A DNA stretch of 48,919 bases, from the NCBI GenBank assembly GCA_032718475.1, contig JAUCBJ010007339.1:1-48919 (forward strand), written 5' to 3'. The notes beneath the pieces are model-generated. The model was not told the DNA's origin and made no database searches. It worked only from the letters and a program-made list of their open reading frames with translations. The DNA comes from Nemertoderma westbladi. Taxonomy: Eukaryota > Animalia > Xenacoelomorpha. The position numbers and the translations under genes were made by a program. This document shows, piece after piece, positions 12,253-23,841 of the stretch. Every line of letters starts with the position of its first letter. Positions within the stretch are counted from its first letter, which is position 1.

Positions 12253-12573
12253 GTTTACCGAGGTAAATTAATCGAAGCCGAAGACAATATGAATTGCCAG
12301 ATGCAGAGCATAACTGTGACCTCTAGAACCGGCCAGGTATCAAATATGGAGTGCGTGTTTATCCGAGGTAGCAAAATACGGTTCATCGTACTACCCGACA
12401 TGTTGAAGAACGCGCCGATGTTTAAAACGATGCGGGATCGACCCCAAGGGATGGGGATGGGACGGGGGAAGATGAATCAAATGGCAAGGGGGCGGGGGGC
12501 AGGACGTGGTTTCGGGGGGCGAGGGGGCAGTGGACCCCCCAGAGGTAGGGGTGGGCCCCCCAGGAGGTTTTAG
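12253..12573 (+). CDS. SNRPD3: Small nuclear ribonucleoprotein Sm D3, coding exon 2 (135 aa total)
   Basis: TAG acceptor, then [17 protein letters not shown]...[23 protein letters not shown] and an RG-rich tail; AATAAA at 12865. Confidence 0.97.
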   Translation, partial: VYRGKLIEAEDNMNCQMQSITVTSRTGQVSNMECVFIRGSKIRFIVLPDMLKNAPMFKTMRDRPQGMGMGRGKMNQMARGRGAGRGFGGRGGSGPPRGRGGPPRRF

Positions 12574-14000
12574 TCTACCGAATACAAACAGACAAGTGAC
12601 AAACATTTTAACGCCCTTTTACACGCCAGAACTACAATACTTTTACAGAGAAGGGACTATTTTTGTGTAACTAGCTGTAAGTTTAGTTACGTTTTTTTAT
12701 ATAAAGTGCGAGTCGTTATACTTTGTCATACATTGTCAACATCTTGGAAGTAAATGTCCGTATGTTAAAAGTAAAACTGATTAATATAATATCGTGACTC
12801 CAACTGTAGTTAGTAGATTTCTCACAGTAATTGTGAGGGCTGAATTTCAAGCGATTCCTTTTTAAATAAAGCCCTTCCCTAACTGCTGAGAGCTATGGAA
12901 GGTGGACTGATGACTTGACTGATGACTTTGAGAATCATCAGTTATACTTTCTAAAATTATAGACTAGCCCGCAGATTGTGAACATAATAAATAAAATAAT
13001 TTAGTGTAATTGTTATTACCTTACGTTTTGGTTGCCGCCCCACTCCACTATGGTAGGAAACCAATCGTTGATTTAATACTTTTTCATATTTGTTACGTTA
13101 TTCTTAATTTTGTCCAAAATTTATTGAAAACAAAAACTTACGTATTTTAAGTCAATTTAAGAAAAAATTTCCAGCATTGAATTGATTATTAAGTAAATAA
13201 TTTTTTCTGCGTGGAAATATTATATTGATTTATTATTTTATCTAGTTTAACTTTGAAATGATTTTAATGCAATTTATTGTAATATTATTATTACCGGTAA
13301 ATCTGTTAACTTTAAAAATAAGTTCCAAAATTCAACGATTAACCATTCTGGGTGAATTTCTTTTACCAATTTATCATTTATTACATTTCATATAAAATTC
13401 AATTTATTATATTTCAAATTTGTTTTATTTTAATTGAATAAAATTGAATTTGAAATTAAATAATTTTGAATGAAAACGTTCGGCATCCTATTTATTTGTT
13501 ATCGATATATTTTTAAAGAAGGACTCGGCAATACATTGTGGACTTCATTATCAGTACAATAGTTCAATATATTCTCATGTGCAATTCACTGATTGATCGT
13601 TCGCATCAATCAATATAATATACATCTCTATTTATAATTATTGTTCCATTTGAATCCCTCCCAGCACCCTGGACAGATGCACGATCTCTGTATCGACGAG
13701 GGACCACCCGGAAATTGAAGGCCATTTAATTTCTCTGCAGATAATCGAAAATTAACAAGTTTTTTTACTTTGTACGCATCGAGATAAATATTTAAAGGAT
13801 ATCAACCTAACTGGATATTCAAATCCATTGTAACTCTTTTTTTTATTTTGTAAAAATCTTTTCGTTTTTCCCGTACCACAGAGACATGAGAGCGACAGCA
13901 CAGCAGTGGGAGAAATAAATGGTAAACTGAAATAATAGGTGATTTTAAACTGGTGAAGTTCTTCGACTTTAATTTCATTCAGTGAACACTGAACACTTTA

Positions 14001-14140
14001 ACTTGGAACTGATTTAGGGCATAAGCTACCCTAATGGTAAATGTGTCTAACTGGGTCACAACCAGAACATTCTGGTTGTGACCCAGTTAGACACATTTAC
14101 CGTACCATTAGCGTAGCTTATGCCTAAATCAGTTTTAAGT
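14001..14140. repeat. Long hairpin/palindrome (32-bp perfect core, 2-nt spacer)
   Basis: 14036-14067 is the exact reverse complement of 14070-14101; outer arms pair imperfectly out to 14001/14140. Confidence 0.95.
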
Positions 14141-14776
14141 CTGGCGACAATAAAACCAGATCGACAGACCATACATATACATATTGAATGTATTAATTTA
14201 ATTAATCGTTTTAATTTAATCATCTTCACAAATTAATTTGAATTGTAATTCCGAAAATTACCAGATGTTATTATCGATGAATAAGAGTGACGTGTTATTA
14301 TCGATGAATAAGAGTGACGTAGTGAAGGTTTTTTTCACTACTTTGTATTGTATATTGTTTCACCACCATGAGGTTCTAAGTTATTTTATTTTGTTCTGTA
14401 TGTAAGTTATATCGGGATTGTATGAAGTGTGGCAACGTAAATACTGGACAGTAAGCTGCGAAGTACCTGGAACGAATATCCTCCAATCAGATGACAGCTA
14501 TGTTCCTGTGTTAAAGTCAGAGTCGCCTTCTTTTTCTACGACTATGGTCTAACCCGTGCCTGAACGGCTTGTAAAAATATAATTAGGCGTCTGGTTGTTC
14601 ATGTTCATTTTCTCAATATAGTTAAATCGTAATTACAATTTTTATGACAAAACTTGTTTAAGATAAGTTTTACAATAAAGATATGGAAATTAATTAAAGA
14701 AAGAAAGCCAGTTTTATGAAATAATTCTATACGAGGATACGAAAATTTGATATTCTGCCGTATTATGTCCTCCCTG

Positions 14777-15430
14777 CAGGGGCGGATCCAGGAATTTCTT
14801 AAGGGGGGGGCTTAAAATTTTTCATAGTAACAATCAAATGTATTTAATTATAAATATTAAAATATAACCAAAACAAACAAAATCAGACATTTATTGTAAT
14901 AGATGAACAAAATGTAGCCACGGGTGGAACTATAAGTACAAAATGTAGCCACCGGCCGAACTATAAGTAGAACTTATAGTTATAGTTATATAGTTATAGT
15001 TATAGTAGGACTAACCTTGTAGGGCAAAGCGTTTTTACACGTTTTACTCTCGCTGCAGGGAAGTTCTTCTCAACCAATTCCTCCAATTTCGCTACACGTT
15101 TTGGGGATCCCAAGATAAAGTTGTTGATTTCACTTATGAGGCCGAACATTTTCCGTACAAAAGGAATCACGCAAGAATGACTTATAGCCAAGTTGAGGCG
15201 GTGGTTGAAACAGTGAACTGGTTGTGCCAGAGGTTGCAGATGCAGAATATTTGCAGCTAATCCATTGAACTCCCCCATCATCGCACTAGCACCATCATAG
15301 CCTTGGCCCCTGCAGTTTTCTATATTTAATCCTAATGACTCAAGGCTAACTTAGCCAGCCCCTTTCCAGTGGTATCTTCTGCTAGCCAGAATCCCATAAA
15401 CTCTTCGTGAATCTCACCTATGAAGGAATA
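14777..15430 (-). mobile_element. Internally deleted hAT (ZMYM1-like) transposon remnant with one terminal repeat
   Basis: IHEEFMGF...CRGQGYDGASAMMG...VHCFNHRLNLAI...SPKR...LCPTR; hAT-type end CAGGGGCGGATCCAGG at 14777; (TTATAG)n at the break near 14974-15006. Confidence 0.8.
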
Positions 15431-15467
15431 TTATATATAATGAAAATATTGAAAACAGATATGGACC

Positions 15468-15565
15468 TGATGATCGATAGTGATGATGATCGATAGTGAT
15501 GATGATCGATGATCGATAGTGATGATGATCGATGATCGATAGTGATGATGATCGATGATCGATAG
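15468..15565. repeat. Simple tandem repeat built from GATGATCGATAGT-like units
   Basis: Directly visible. Confidence 0.9.
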
Positions 15566-16973
15566 CTCCCTGAATTTACGGAAAAATACCAAAAAATTGT
15601 TTAATAACGAAACTGCCTCTCTAGAGGTAGGAAGTTCTTGTATGAAAGAGGGACCCTCAAAAAAATGTAATTCTTGTTCTTGTGGTGATTTATCTCTCGA
15701 CAAGCTAAAGCTACTAGCACTATCAATGGATGGTTTAAAGGTCAAACACATCTCCTCAAATCATCATTTATTAGTAGAGTAGCACTTACAGTAAACCTGT
15801 AGAAGGGAATCAATTATTATACATTTAATTAATAGCAAGCAGCGTTATGACATACCTCTCACAAGTAGGTCCATGAATAAATTGATTTACTGTAAAGAGA
15901 ACTATAAATGGTCACAGCGGCTTGAAAAGGTCGAACACCTTCGAATCAATTTATTAATTGGGTATGGTACTACCGCGATTATCTCGAAAGAAACCTATTA
16001 TTTATTATTTAAATTACTCCTCAATAACACAACTCATCAATAATGAGTTTAGGATGTAATAACAGGGAAGTATTATTTGGAGGGAGTGCCTGTGCCATTT
16101 CTTTAACGATCCCTGTTTTTGTTTTGCTTCGCAGCGCAGCCGTGTTATTATTGCCCGGATCCAATAAGTCTCCCCTTTGTTTTGGAGAATAACGTACTTT
16201 TACACGCCATTGTTTGAAGTTAAATTGAATATCTCGTGATTCATAAAATGTAAAAATTGTTTATCGTTTATATTTATTTGAATTGTTTCTCGTTACTGTT
16301 ACGTTGCAAGGTTTAATAATCAGTACTGTATCCTATTTTTTCCTCCATTGTGGGGCTTTTACTGTGTTTAGAATAATATTTATTTTTTCATTTAGCGTAC
16401 GTTAGGTGAACCTTATCTATACAAAAACTTTATATTACAAGATGAAAATATTATTTTAATTTATATTTTATAGTATCAAGCCATACCAGGACTTTGTTGC
16501 TTAATAATTTATGTAAGGTATAGATAATAATATTGTTTTATAATCAATAACCCCCGATAAAAAGCAACTGAAACAACAATAAGGAACAACGTTTTATTTT
16601 ATTTCTTGTTAGAATGTTTTCTATCGCTACCAATAAATACAGTATAAATGACAATGAATCACCAGCAGACTTCTCACAAAAATTAAAATTGGTTTTACTT
16701 AAAGTTTAACATGGTCACACGAATGCACGGATCGAGTGGATGCGAATCTATTATTATAAAAGTTCAGATATTAGGAGTTAGTTGTGATGGGATCCGAGTT
16801 GGCGCAGGATCCCGGCCGGTGTGTTTGTGGCGTGTTCAGTACGCGTCGCCGCGTCCTCGCAACTGCAAAGGCTGAAAGGCCGTAGGCCGATGTATAACAA
16901 AAGAGTTTGTGGTTTATCGTTGTTAATAATAGCTGATAAGTACCGGTAAACGGATCACAGCACAATCAGTAAG

Positions 16974-17017
16974 TACCAAGGACAGCTCTACTACTAGTAG
17001 TAGAGCTGTCCTTGGTA
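16974..17017. repeat. Perfect 44-bp palindrome with no spacer
   Basis: TACCAAGGACAGCTCTACTACTAGTAGTAGAGCTGTCCTTGGTA; TAAGTA overlaps both edges as a direct repeat. Confidence 0.95.
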
Positions 17018-17249
17018 AGTACTATACTAGGCGACGTCGACAACGGTCAAAAACCGTTCGACATCCACTGTAGAATTGCCAACTGAACATAATTGATAAT
17101 GGATAACATATATGTATCCATGGAAACTGCACGGAAGCAACATGGAAACTTTACCTAACAGTCCTACCTACTGAGCTGCCGACCAATAGATACACGTTAT
17201 ACCCACATGTGGGGCCCTCTCATTGGTTGGGGTTTTCCCCCCATTCATA

Positions 17250-17334
17250 CCCTCAAGTTTCCTCAGCCCTGTATTGGCCTTATCCCTGAGATGTGTGTTA
17301 AACCATCCCTTACCTAACAATGCAGTACCTCACA
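17250..17334 (+). repeat. Left copy of the ~85-bp duplication flanking the LINE
   Basis: Matches 20504-20586 with 2 substitutions and one 2-bp indel. Confidence 0.9.
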
Positions 17335-18789
17335 ATTGAATTGAATTGATATTTATTTCCTTTCTGCTGGTTACATATGCAAATTTTAACAAATACATTA
17401 ACAACATTAACCAATAAAATTTAACCAATATTAAAAAAAATATTGATAGTCTGAGACGACCACCACAGAAGACTAATAGCCAGGCTAGTGCCGTCTTGCT
17501 GTGGTGGCCAGAACCAACAGGGGGGGGGGGGGGGGGGGGTGGTGCCTGGTCCTTTTGAAATTTCGAATGTAGGCCTATATTACCGTACACATACACGTAT
17601 GCATTGTGTAACGTAAATCAAACAGTTTAACTACAGTACATTGTGGCTCGCATATATTTTAATTCGGTTTCAATTTTTATTGAGATTATTACCTTTATTT
17701 TTGTATGAATGAATATTAAAATTAAAATTAACGGTAAATGTTATAGCTCTGAAAATAAGTGGTTTTTTAAGTAAAAGACGTAAAAGAAGATTTTGATTTT
17801 TTATTGCGTATCTCTAGTGGCACAGAATTCCAGATCGAGGGTCCACGAAAACTCACTGATCTCTGTGAGGAAGTTAGGTGACATAGTGGTATGGAGAAGT
17901 TGCCATGGGAAGCGCTGCGGGTAGGGTAGTTGTGGACTGAAGAACGTTATTGGAATAGTTTACCGAGGGTGGAATTTGGGCTTATGGTTTTCGAATAAAT
18001 ATCGTACATGAAGGTCCAAACTGATAGTTCATAGAGTTTGTTAAGTGGTAAAATATTTAATTGTTTGTAAATGGGAATTGATGACGATCTGTAGTGTGAA
18101 AATGCAATACAGCGTAAAAGTTTATTGATTTTGGTATGTAGTGGTTTCAGTGTGGTGGAATGTGTGCTACCCCATACCAGGATCCCATAATTAACGTAGG
18201 GATGGATCAGTGAAAAGTAGAGGGTTCTGAGTATATGTAGAGGAAATATGTGCCTAAGTTTATAGAAAATTCCGCTGGATTTAGGATTTTTTTTGAGTAC
18301 CTGATTTATATGTGTTTTCCACTTTAGTTTTGAATCTATCCAAATACCAAGTAATTTTGTGTTGTCTGTCTGTTTGATATCGGTGTTGTTAATTTTAAGT
18401 TGTAATCTGTTGCTATCGGTGGTAGAAGGAATTGGAAGGTTAGTAAATATGGTGTACTCAGTTTTCTTCAGGTTTAGTAATAGTTTATTGTGACGTAACC
18501 AGTCGTAGATTTTAGTTAATTCATTGTTTGTACTAGATATTAATGAGTGGATATCACGATGTGAGTTGAGTAGAGTTGTGTCGTCAGCGAAAAGTGTACT
18601 AAGTAAGTTTGTTGCTTTGGGATAACTCATTAATAAAAATGAGAAATAGTATGGGAGAGAGGACCGATCCCTGGGGGACACCACAAATGAGAGGTAATAA
18701 AGTTGAATTAATGCCGTCGATGGAGACAAATTGTTTGCGATTAGAGAGGAAACTAGAAATAAGTTGAAGGGGTAGGCCTCTGATACCAT

Positions 18790-19105
18790 TGATACTGTAG
18801 TAACAATGTGTTGGCAAGCTGTGTTTTTCAAGGTGTTTGTTATTATACATTTATTATAGGAAGGGATCTAGGGGTCTCCGACACACGAATCCGACACCAC
18901 GCTGATGAGACCCAGTAAGGTCGAAACGCGTACGTGGTTTGGAGATATATGAGATATTAATTTCAAGAAAAATTACGCGATTCCTAAATTTGTACACTGC
19001 CCGGTTAAAAAGTACGCATGTGATGGGATTAGTCCTACAATTGCGCCAATAAAAGATAAGTTATTTTCGGTAAAATAAACTTATCATTCGAGGTTAAGAC
19101 CCCTT
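18790..19105 (+). mobile_element. 316-bp non-coding insertion in the LINE RT; retrozyme or Penelope-like LTR fragment
   Basis: CCTCTGATACCAT duplicated at 18777-18789 and 19106-19118, splitting the RT at GIRG; contains a hammerhead motif and AATAAA (~19048). Confidence 0.75.
18890..18944 (+). ncRNA. Minimal type I hammerhead ribozyme
   Basis: Stem I ACCACG/CGTGGT; core CTGATGA (18902-18908); stem II GACC-cagtaa-GGTC; GAAA (18923-18926); palindromic ACGCGT stem III; GUA cleavage triplet ending at 18932. Confidence 0.9.
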
Positions 19106-20503
19106 CCTCTGATACCATAGGTCTCAAGCTTATTAATAAGGATTTTGTGGTCTATGGTATCAAAGGCCTTTTTAAGGTCAAATGTACTGTATAAGGCGCA
19201 TGTTGAATGATGGCAATCAAACATAGAGTTAATTTTTTCCGTTATAGATAGTAGTGCATGAGAGGTGGTTGTTTTTGGTCTAAAGCCGTATTGGGATTCT
19301 GTAATTATGGAATATTTGTTTAAGTAGGATTGTAATTGTTCGTTAATTAATTGTACTAGAATTTTGCTTTGTACTGGTAGTAGCGATATAGGACGGTAAT
19401 TATTCGGGTCTGTAGGATCGTCTGATTTCAATAGTGGTATAACTTTAGCAATTTTTAATGAATTGGGAAAAAAGCCACATTTTATTGAAAGGTTGAATAA
19501 GTAGCACAGGTGTTGGGAAAGTGGTTTAGCAGCTGCAAGTCGGAGTACAGTAGTTTGGTGGGGAACGGATCGTTAGAACTGCAGATTAATTTGAGGTTGA
19601 GGATTCGGTATTGTAATTCTATTGGAGATGTTTCTGTTAATGTAAAAGAGTTCACTCTAGTATTTGAAATATGGCGTAGGGGGATCGGGTTGTGCAAGTC
19701 GGTAAAATATTTCTGTAATTTGAGTTGGGTCTGATACAATTTGTGCGGAGGTATTCGTTTTTATACTGTAATAGGTTTTTTGGGTGATGATTTAGAAGTT
19801 GTTTTGTGGAGTACAGTATTAATTATCGACCAAGTTTTGCGGGAATTTGTAATGTTGTTATCAAATTGTTGCGAATAATATTTTTTTTCGGCAATTTTTA
19901 AGGTTTTTGCGAGATGATTACGATAGTCTGTAAAACATTTACGGTTGGTTTCAGTTCGATTTTTTAAATAGTTCCTGTATAATTTGTCTTTAGTTCTGAT
20001 TGATTTGAGAAGAATTTCAGTGATCCATGCTTTGAGGGACCGATTTTTGTGTGTATAGGCCTACAGTATGATTTTGAAGGGATATGAGAGAAGCAAATGA
20101 TGGTGAGATTATCGTAAAACAGTCGAACTTTGAGGTGATGGGTATTGATTTATCGGTGTAGGACCAGTTGGAGGTTTTATTAATGTCACGAAGGAAAGAA
20201 GATTCGTCAAGTTTTGAATAGTCGAAAGTGGGGCGTTGTTTAGGTTCGTTGAAAATACAGCTAAATTTTTGAAAAATGATAAATGTTGCGTGGTGATCTG
20301 AATTACCTATTTTACAGTTAAAATTACCCGCATTGGAAACTGAGGTGGTTATATTGGTAATTATGTGGTCTATCAGTGTTTCTGAGACTACGTTTTGGGT
20401 CAATTCGAGTAGCATGATTTATAAGCTTTATGTACCCGTAGAGTTAAGAAGGTTTATATAACTTTTCTGTATTTGGCTGTTGTTCGTTTTCAGTAGGTCA
20501 AAG

Positions 20504-20586
20504 CCCTCAAGTTTCCTCCGCCCTGTATTGGCCTTATCCGAGATGTGTGTTAAACCATCCCTTACCTAACAATGCAATACCTCACA
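20504..20586 (+). repeat. Right copy of the ~85-bp duplication flanking the LINE
   Basis: Matches 17250-17334. Confidence 0.9.
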
Positions 20587-22284
20587 TCTCTCGGTATGCA
20601 ATATTATATTGGGTAGTTGGATAACTCGTAAATCACCCCTCTTTCCCCATTCTACCGGCAGGTGAGGTGGCGTGCAGCGGATGGATACGCTAACATTAGT
20701 AAATTTGGCACTCGAGAAATTTAGCGCATATTCTGAGTTTGTCCCAAAAGGCAGTTTCGTTTATAGCCAGCTTGCTGGCATTCTAGTTAAGTATATAAAA
20801 GATTTGATGAGTCAATTCGATATTCACAAACTTCCGCCACTGGCATATTTTAAAAATGATGCGGCCATAACGCACGAATTTGTTGCCACTTTATTTATAA
20901 AAAAAGTACAATAAATAAAAATTAATATATATACTGAACATCATACAATCAGTACAATACGGAAATACAATTCGGTAACGTACGGCTAAAGTAAAGTGAT
21001 ATTTCAGTAACTAAATTTTATATTTCCTACAAACGTACAAAACATAACGAGGCGTTTACTTTTTTCCCTTTTTAGAAAGTTTCCTTTTTTTAGAACGTTA
21101 AATTTTTCCTTTTTTCTGTCCATGTTCACACATTTTTTCCTTTTTTTGGTTCAGAAGATCAACTTCAGCTTGCTGTTGATATTGACAAGGTTATAACAGA
21201 GATTGACGGCCATATGCCGATTTTTATTTTGAGTATGTTTATTGTGACAAAAATCACAAGATTGACAAAACATTCTTCATTTTTTTGCTCGTAATCAGCT
21301 GTTATTAGCATCCGTTTTCCCCTAGAGATGGTTGAATTTTGATTGCGTCTAAAAGCATTTTTGTTATTTATATAAATGTAGCCAAGACCGGAAATCCGTG
21401 CCAAAGTTTTTATATCACTTTCAAACTAAAGTTATATTTATAAACGTTGATAAACCTCTATCAATAACCATCAATCGGCCGAGCTCAACCATCTCTGATA
21501 ACTAGGCAAAACTTTCGTAACTGTTCTTATTTCATTGATATGTTGATTTATAATAATTACATTGCCATTGCCGTTGTTCTCTTTCTGTGTTTCTACTTTT
21601 TAACTTACTTTGATATCTTCCTGTCATTTAATACAGTGACGTTTCTTAATAGGCCTATATAAGGTTAATAAAATATACTGTTTACTATCCTTTTTATAAA
21701 GATAATATCTAGTCAGTTTGACCCTTTTTTTGAACCGTATCAGATCCTTTTGGTCCTTTTTTTTGAAAATATAAATTCCTTTTTTTCATCGATTTTTTTG
21801 GCTGGGAGGGCTGAAGGTGACACACGGAACCAGATAAGGCTGGATATGGTAACGCGCAGACAATCTTTGTTTGCTTCTAGTCCTGTACATCCTCGTCGTT
21901 GGACTTTTTAATCATAACAACAATAATCTTAGTAGAATTCGGATGAAAAATATCAACATGACTTTCGCAGACAAATGAAATGAACTCGAAATTCTTCACA
22001 ATGATATACTAAATGGGAAATTGGGAACCCGAGATTGGGACTTGTAGATTGGTATGACCAAAAATGGTTATGTAAACAATTGATTGATATTTTATTAAGT
22101 GACCGTCATACGTTTTATAATAGTTTTAATAATAGTTTTACCACACAAACAATGGTGATAATTTATGTAACAAGTTCACTTAGCACTACATTGTCAACAT
22201 GATTCATTAATTGAGATCCCCTAAATGTAGTTTAGCCCAAATAATACAGCGCATTCAGAACGTATTGATTTTCGTTTTAACGAT

Positions 22285-23841
22285 CTATTTAAATGAATCG
22301 TGGAGGGAGTTAATGTAAGCATCGTGGAGGAGACGTAGAAAGTTGGAGTCGTTTCTAATGAGATGGATCAATCCCTGCTTCATCTGGTCGGGGGTGAGGG
22401 CTGTAACGGAATCCTCCATGGCAATCTCGTCTGGGTCTATAGGCGCCGTTACTTCTGGCTCCTCCACGAAGGCGCTGGGGGACAGTAAGCCGGTCTGGAG
22501 GCCACGGTTCGACCCCAGATGGGTCGACTCCGCCCCTTTCGGGGTCGTTTTCCCGGGGGTTCCGCAATGCGTTGTTATTCCGTTGCGCTTGGGCGTGGAT
22601 TCGCTGGGCGCCGAGACTTGGGGCAGCGAGTTCAACATGAACTCGAGTTTAGCGGGAATGGATTGCGGACGAGCGAGATGGGTTGTAAGACGCGGGGTCG
22701 ATGAGTCCTCCTTCTCCGCCTCGTCGTAGTAATGCCGAGTAACAACGGATGATATCGGGTTGGGAGAGACCGAGTCGGTTGGGGTAGGGCGTCCGTTCCG
22801 GGACGCTAACAGTTGGAAAAGATCCGTTCCCACCGTCGCATCCGTCGGTTTATTCCGTAACAGATTTGTTCCGGATGCCGATTGCAGAGGTTGACTTCGG
22901 AATAGATTCGTTCCGGCTGTTGTTTCCGACGGTTTATTTCGGAACAGATTCGTTCCGGCTGTTATTTCCGACGGTTTATTTCGGAACAGATTCGTTCCGG
23001 CTGTTGTTTCCGACGGTTTATTTCGGAACAGATTCGTTCCGGCTGTTGTTTCGGACGGTTTATTTCGGAACAGATTCGTTCCGGCTGTTGTTACCGACAG
23101 TTTATTTCGGAAAGAGTCGGACTGGATCTGTTTCCCTTCCGCCGACGACGCCGATCGTTTGATGACCGAAATCGGACGGAAGGAAGAATTCCCGGACGCG
23201 GGTTGGCTCGGTGTCGTTTGCTGCGGTTTAAACAACGTCGCTAAGGTTAGTTTACTATCGGCTCCGAGTTTATCTACTGCCTGGTGCGTCGGCCCGGTTT
23301 TACCGTCGGCTTTTAGTTTCGCCTTGGCCAACAGCTGCATTATATCGACGGGGTTTCCGCTGGGCAGCCCCGGCGGTGCGTCGCTTTCCGAACACCTCCG
23401 GCGACTACCGGTAACGACGTCCCCGGAACTACCTTCGCTGGCCAACCCGGACATTCTCTCCCAGAGTCTGTCGCAGTCCTCGGCTTTGTAGAACCACAAT
23501 CCGTTTATCGATTCCTGTGGGCTTTTATACAGCAAAAAAGGGTCATGTCGGATAAACTCCATGTCGTTAGTAATAAAATGAGTTACGTTCTTCATACTTA
23601 ATCGGTTTAGTATAGTAAATGCGAAGCGAGGAGGCGCGGCTCGTTTTATAACGAACATCGATCCTTCTACCTCAGTTTTCTCCCATTCCTCCCCACTTAT
23701 ATTGTATTTGTAGAGCGCGCATTGCGACGCGCTATCTATAATGCTTTCTACGTACGGGTCATGTTTACGTAGAACGTTCAAGTTTATAGATGTTTGTCTT
23801 GTAATTTCATCCATCGTACAGTCGTAACAAACACAGACCAT
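22285..23841 (-). CDS. DCP1: mRNA-decapping enzyme subunit 1 (DCP1), single coding exon; start may be Met at 23814
   Basis: EVH1 domain NLNVLRKHDPYVESI...WEKTEVEGSMF...FTILNRLS...PFLLYK...GLWFY; C-terminal trimerization helix LTPDQMKQGLIHLIRNDSNFLRLLHDAY; minus-strand AATAAA at 22091-22096. Confidence 0.96.
   Translation of the reverse strand: MVCVCYDCTMDEITRQTSINLNVLRKHDPYVESIIDSASQCALYKYNISGEEWEKTEVEGSMFVIKRAAPPRFAFTILNRLSMKNVTHFITNDMEFIRHDPFLLYKSPQESINGLWFYKAEDCDRLWERMSGLASEGSSGDVVTGSRRRCSESDAPPGLPSGNPVDIMQLLAKAKLKADGKTGPTHQAVDKLGADSKLTLATLFKPQQTTPSQPASGNSSFRPISVIKRSASSAEGKQIQSDSFRNKLSVTTAGTNLFRNKPSETTAGTNLFRNKPSETTAGTNLFRNKPSEITAGTNLFRNKPSETTAGTNLFRSQPLQSASGTNLLRNKPTDATVGTDLFQLLASRNGRPTPTDSVSPNPISSVVTRHYYDEAEKEDSSTPRLTTHLARPQSIPAKLEFMLNSLPQVSAPSESTPKRNGITTHCGTPGKTTPKGAESTHLGSNRGLQTGLLSPSAFVEEPEVTAPIDPDEIAMEDSVTALTPDQMKQGLIHLIRNDSNFLRLLHDAYINSLHDSFK
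22815..23113 (-). repeat. 42-bp coding tandem repeat in DCP1 (~7 units, FRNKPSETTAGTNL)
   Basis: Central units nearly identical at the DNA level; flanking units diverged. Confidence 0.95.

Larger units (their letters stand above)
17335..20503 (-). mobile_element. 5'-truncated, decayed CR1/L2-group LINE (end of endonuclease + RT)
   Basis: LIDHIITN...SDH; NYRPISLLP; QYGFRP; DLKKAFDTIDH; GVPQGSVLSP; LFADDTTL; multiple frameshifts; AATAAA plus (TTCAA)n tail at 17335-17358. Confidence 0.92.

Noticed and set aside
12906-12930. Other CTGATGA occurrences (12907, 12919, 15467, 30626) as hammerheads or C/D boxes
   Set aside because: No stem II plus GAAA, and no terminal stem or partner box
22815-23113. 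CRISPR-like regular repeats (also 29575-30385)
   Set aside because: Contiguous tandem units without unique spacers, no cas genes, eukaryotic context
11376-23841. SmD3 and DCP1 as a functional RNA-processing cluster
   Set aside because: Convergent, 10 kb apart and separated by transposons; nothing beyond chance adjacency
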